From positions 312,542,001 through 312,606,000 of the forward strand of contig OZ024741.1 of NCBI GenBank assembly GCA_964016885.1: a stretch of 64,000 nt of DNA, written 5' to 3'. Shown in pieces: positions 59,901-64,000 of the stretch (the stretch's first letter is position 1; every line of letters starts with the position of its first letter). Made by a program: the position numbers and the translations under genes. The DNA is from Eledone cirrhosa (Eukaryota). The notes under the pieces are model-generated. The model ran no database searches. It had not been told where the DNA came from and was given only the letters and a program-made list of their open reading frames with translations.

Positions 59901-62900
59901 CTGTTACATCTACCGAATTATTATTATTTTTATATGAGCCCCCAGTGTCCGCGCATTGCCTGGAGACTTAGCTGAGTATAGACTCCCTGATGACGCAATG
60001 AATTCTCAACAGTTAGATTACGTAACTGTCTTTATCCCATTGCAGAAACTAATTAGTTGGAGTGAAAATTTAGAGTAAGTAAGTTAAAACTTATTTAAAA
60101 AAACTTGTTTTAAAGGATTTTTTTATTTTACGTCTTCTATATTATTGTTCTGCATCCTCCTGCATTGAACCACCTAGGTACTATGACATAACCTGTGTAT
60201 TTGCTGGCATTAGCGTACATCTGTGCGCTTATGTTAGTTGATATATTAAATTATCTATATTTATCTCCAAATCACTGATTTGTCGAGCAAACCTGCCAAA
60301 ACCACTTCTAAATTTTTTGGGGGGGTGTTTGTAGGCGTATGTCATCTTACCATCCCATTCCTACTGACTAGCCTCTGTGTCACGTGATTGATTCTTTAGA
60401 ATCGGCCATTTGACTAGAGGCAGTGAGGATTTCAGTGCATGGAATTCAGTCCCCGCTAGCTGTTCCATCTACCCAATTATTATTATTTTTATATGAGCCC
60501 CCAGTGTCCGCGCATTGCCTGGAGACTTAGCTGAGAATAGACACCCTGATGACGCAATGAATTCTCGACAGTTAGATTACGTAACTGTCTTTATCCCATT
60601 GCAGAAACTAATTAGTTGGAGTGAAAATCTAAGTAAGAAGTTAAAATTTAAAAAAAAAACTTTTTTTAAAGGATTTTCTTATTTTACGTCTTCTATATTA
60701 TTGTTCTGCATCTTCCTGCATTGAACCACCTAGGTACTATGACATAACCTGTGTATTTGCTGGCATTAGCGTACATCTGTGCGCTTATGTTAGTTGATAT
60801 ATTAAATTATCTATATTTATCTCCAAATCACTGAATTGTCGAGCAAACCTGCCAAAACCACTTCTAAATTTTTTAGGGGGGTGTTAGTAGGCGTCTGTCA
60901 TCTTACCATCCAATTCCTACTGACTAGCCTCTGTGTCACGTGATTGATTCTTTAGAATCGGCCATTTGACTAGAGGCAGTGAGGATTTCAGTGCATGGAA
61001 TTCAGTCCCCGCTAACTGTTACATCTACCGAATTATTATTATTTTTATATGAGCCCCCAGTGTCCGCGCATTGCCTGGAGACTTAGCTGAGTATAGACTC
61101 CCTGATGACGCAATGAATTCTCAACAGTTAGATTACGTAACTGTCTTTATCCCATTGCAGAAACTAATTAGTTGGAGTGAAAATTTAGAGTAAGTAAGTT
61201 AAAACTTTTTTAAAAAAACTTTTTTTAAAGGATTTTTTTATTTTACGTCTTCTATATTATTGTTCTGCATCCTCCTGCATTGAACCACCTAGGTACTATG
61301 ACATAACCTGTGTATTTGCTGGCATTAGCGTACATCTGTGCGCTTATCTTAGTTGATATATTAAATTATCTATATTTATCTCCAAATCACTGATTTGTCG
61401 AGCAAACCTGCCAAAACCACTTCTAAATTTTTTTGGGGGGTGTTTGTAGGCGTCTGTCATCTTACCATCCCATTCCTACTGACTAGCCTCTGTGTCACGT
61501 GATTGATTCTTTAGAATCGGCCATTTGACTAGAGGCAGTGAGGATTTCAGTGCATGGAATTTAGTCCCCGCTAGCTGTTACATCTACCGAATTATTATTA
61601 TTTTTATATGAGCCCCCAGTGTCCGCGCATTGCCTGGAGACTTAGCTGAGTATAGACTCCCTGATGACGCAATGAATTCTCAACAGTTAGATTACGTAAC
61701 TGTCTTTATCCCATTGCAGAAACTAATTAGTTGGAGTGAAAATTTAGAGTAAGTAAGTTAAAACTTATTTAAAAAAACTTGTTTTAAAGGATTTTTTTAT
61801 TTTACGTCTTCTATATTATTGTTCTGCATCCTCCTGCATTGAACCACCTAGGTACTATGACATAACCTGTGTATTTGCTGGCATTAGCGTACATCTGTGC
61901 GCTTATGTTAGTTGATATATTAAATTATCTATATTTATCTCCAAATCACTGATTTGTCGAGCAAACCTGCCAAAACCACTTCTAAATTTTTTGGGGGGGT
62001 GTTTGTAGGCGTATGTCATCTTACCATCCCATTCCTACTGACTAGCCTCTGTGTCACGTGATTGATTCTTTAGAATCGGCCATTTGACTAGAGGCAGTGA
62101 GGATTTCAGTGCATGGAATTCAGTCCCCGCTAGCTGTTCCATCTACCCAATTATTATTATTTTTATATGAGCCCCCAGTGTCCGCGCATTGCCTGGAGAC
62201 TTAGCTGAGAATAGACACCCTGATGACGCAATGAATTCTCGACAGTTAGATTACGTAACTGTCTTTATCCCATTGCAGAAACTAATTAGTTGGAGTGAAA
62301 ATCTAAGTAAGAAGTTAAAATTTAAAAAAAAAACTTTTTTTAAAGGATTTTCTTATTTTACGTCTTCTATATTATTGTTCTGCATCTTCCTGCATTGAAC
62401 CACCTAGGTACTATGACATAACCTGTGTATTTGCTGGCATTAGCGTACATCTGTGCGCTTATGTTAGTTGATATATTAAATTATCTATATTTATCTCCAA
62501 ATCACTGAATTGTCGAGCAAACCTGCCAAAACCACTTCTAAATTTTTTAGGGGGGTGTTAGTAGGCGTCTGTCATCTTACCATCCAATTCCTACTGACTA
62601 GCCTCTGTGTCACGTGATTGATTCTTTAGAATCGGCCATTTGACTAGAGGCAGTGAGGATTTCAGTGCATGGAATTCAGTCCCCGCTAACTGTTACATCT
62701 ACCGAATTATTATTATTTTTATATGAGCCCCCAGTGTCCGCGCATTGCCTGGAGACTTAGCTGAGTATAGACTCCCTGATGACGCAATGAATTCTCAACA
62801 GTTAGATTACGTAACTGTCTTTATCCCATTGCAGAAACTAATTAGTTGGAGTGAAAATTTAGAGTAAGTAAGTTAAAACTTTTTTTAAAAAACTTTTTTT

Positions 62901-64000
62901 AAAGGATTTTTTTATTTTACGTCTTCTATATTATTGTTCTGCATCCTCCTGCATTGAACCACCTAGGTACTATGACATAACCTGTGTATTTGCTGGCATT
63001 AGCGTACATCTGTGCGCTTATCTTAGTTGATATATTAAATTATCTATATTTATCTCCAAATCACTGATTTGTCGAGCAAACCTGCCAAAACCACTTCTAA
63101 ATTTTTTTGGGGGGTGTTTGTAGGCGTCTGTCATCTTACCATCCCATTCCTACTGACTAGCCTCTGTGTCACGTGATTGATTCTTTAGAATCGGCCATTT
63201 GACTAGAGGAAGTGAGGATTTCTGTGCATGGAATTCAGTACCCGCTAGCTGTTCCATCTACCGAATTATTATTATTTTTATATGAGCCCACAGTGTCCGC
63301 GCATTGCCTGGAGTCTTAGCTGAGAATAGACTCCCTGATGACGCAATGAATTCTCGAGAGTTAGATTACGTAACTGTCTTTATCCCATTGCAGAAACTAA
63401 TTAGTTGGAGGGAAAATTTAAGTGAGTAAGTTAAAATTTAAAAAAAAAAACTTTTTTTAAAGGATTTTCTTATTTTACGTCTTCTATATTATTGTTCTGC
63501 ATCCTCCTGCATTGAACCACCTAGGTACTATGACATAACCTGTGTATTTGCTGGCATTAGCGTACATCTGTGCGCTTATGTTAGTTGATATATTAAATTA
63601 TCTATATTTATCTCCAAATCACTGATTTGTCGAGAAAACCTGCCAAAACCACTTCTAAATTTTTTTGGGGGGTGTTTGTAGGCGTCTGTCATCTTAACAT
63701 CCCATTCCTACTGACTAGCCTCTGTGTCACGTGATTGATTCTTTAGAATCGGCCGTTTGACTAGAGGCAGTGAGGATTTCTGTGCATGGAATTCAGTACC
63801 CGCTAGCTGTTCCATCTACCGAATTATTATTATTTTTATATGAGCCCACAGTGTCCGCGCATTGCCTGGAGTCTTAGCTGAGAATAGACTCCCTGATGAC
63901 GCAATGAATTCTCGAGAGTTAGATTACGTAACTGTCTTTATCCCATTGCAGAAACTAATTAGTTGGAGGGAAAATTTAAGTGAGTAAGTTAAAATTTAAA
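38932..64000 (+). repeat. 558-bp satellite, block 2 (~45 units, hammerhead on the plus strand), running off the window
   Basis: Uninterrupted, highly similar monomers in the orientation opposite to block 1. Confidence 0.99.
39377..39458 (+). ncRNA. Type I hammerhead ribozyme, representative of one per satellite monomer (~50 copies)
   Basis: actcc CUGAUGA c gcaatg [aattctc gacagtta(gattacg)taactgtc tttatcc] cattgc a GAAA ctaatta GUU ggagt. Predicted cleavage is after 39453. Confidence 0.85.

Noticed and set aside
47646-62398. Recurrent 63-69 aa ORFs in the satellite (MPGDLAENRH..., MFFLILTY...)
   Set aside because: They use non-ATG starts, are open only in some variants and overlap the ribozyme; there is no coding evidence.
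35955-64000. CRISPR-like array or tandem rRNA/snRNA/tRNA genes
   Set aside because: There are no unique spacers or cas genes, and I recognise no 5S, U snRNA or tRNA sequence in the monomer.

Overview
AT-rich, gene-free eukaryotic (animal) repeat region. A cephalopod/octopus-like source is only inferred, from the (TA)n density and the SINE type. Bases 1-35950 are a nest of decayed Penelope-like retroelements (PLEs; RT plus C-terminal GIY-YIG endonuclease) from at least three lineages. Most abut (TA)n microsatellites and many carry inverted copies of their own 3' ends (pLTRs). This part also holds a tRNA-derived SINE and a ~600-bp tandem repeat with an internal inversion. Bases 35955-64000 are a ~558-bp tandem array of about 50 monomers with one inversion and higher-order repeats. 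Main finding: each 558-bp monomer folds, by eye, into a type I hammerhead ribozyme (actcc-CUGAUGA-stem II-GAAA-palindromic stem III-GUU-ggagt). The array is fused directly, in the same orientation, to a 5'-truncated PLE RT. It looks like a large retrozyme-like element that expanded into a satellite. The ~600-bp array has the same divergent layout and a weaker hammerhead-like motif. About 15 further hammerhead or hammerhead-like motifs sit in PLE ends, several with non-canonical cores or very long stem II inserts. All folds were made by manual pairing; none was computed or tested. No host gene or intact PLE ORF was found.
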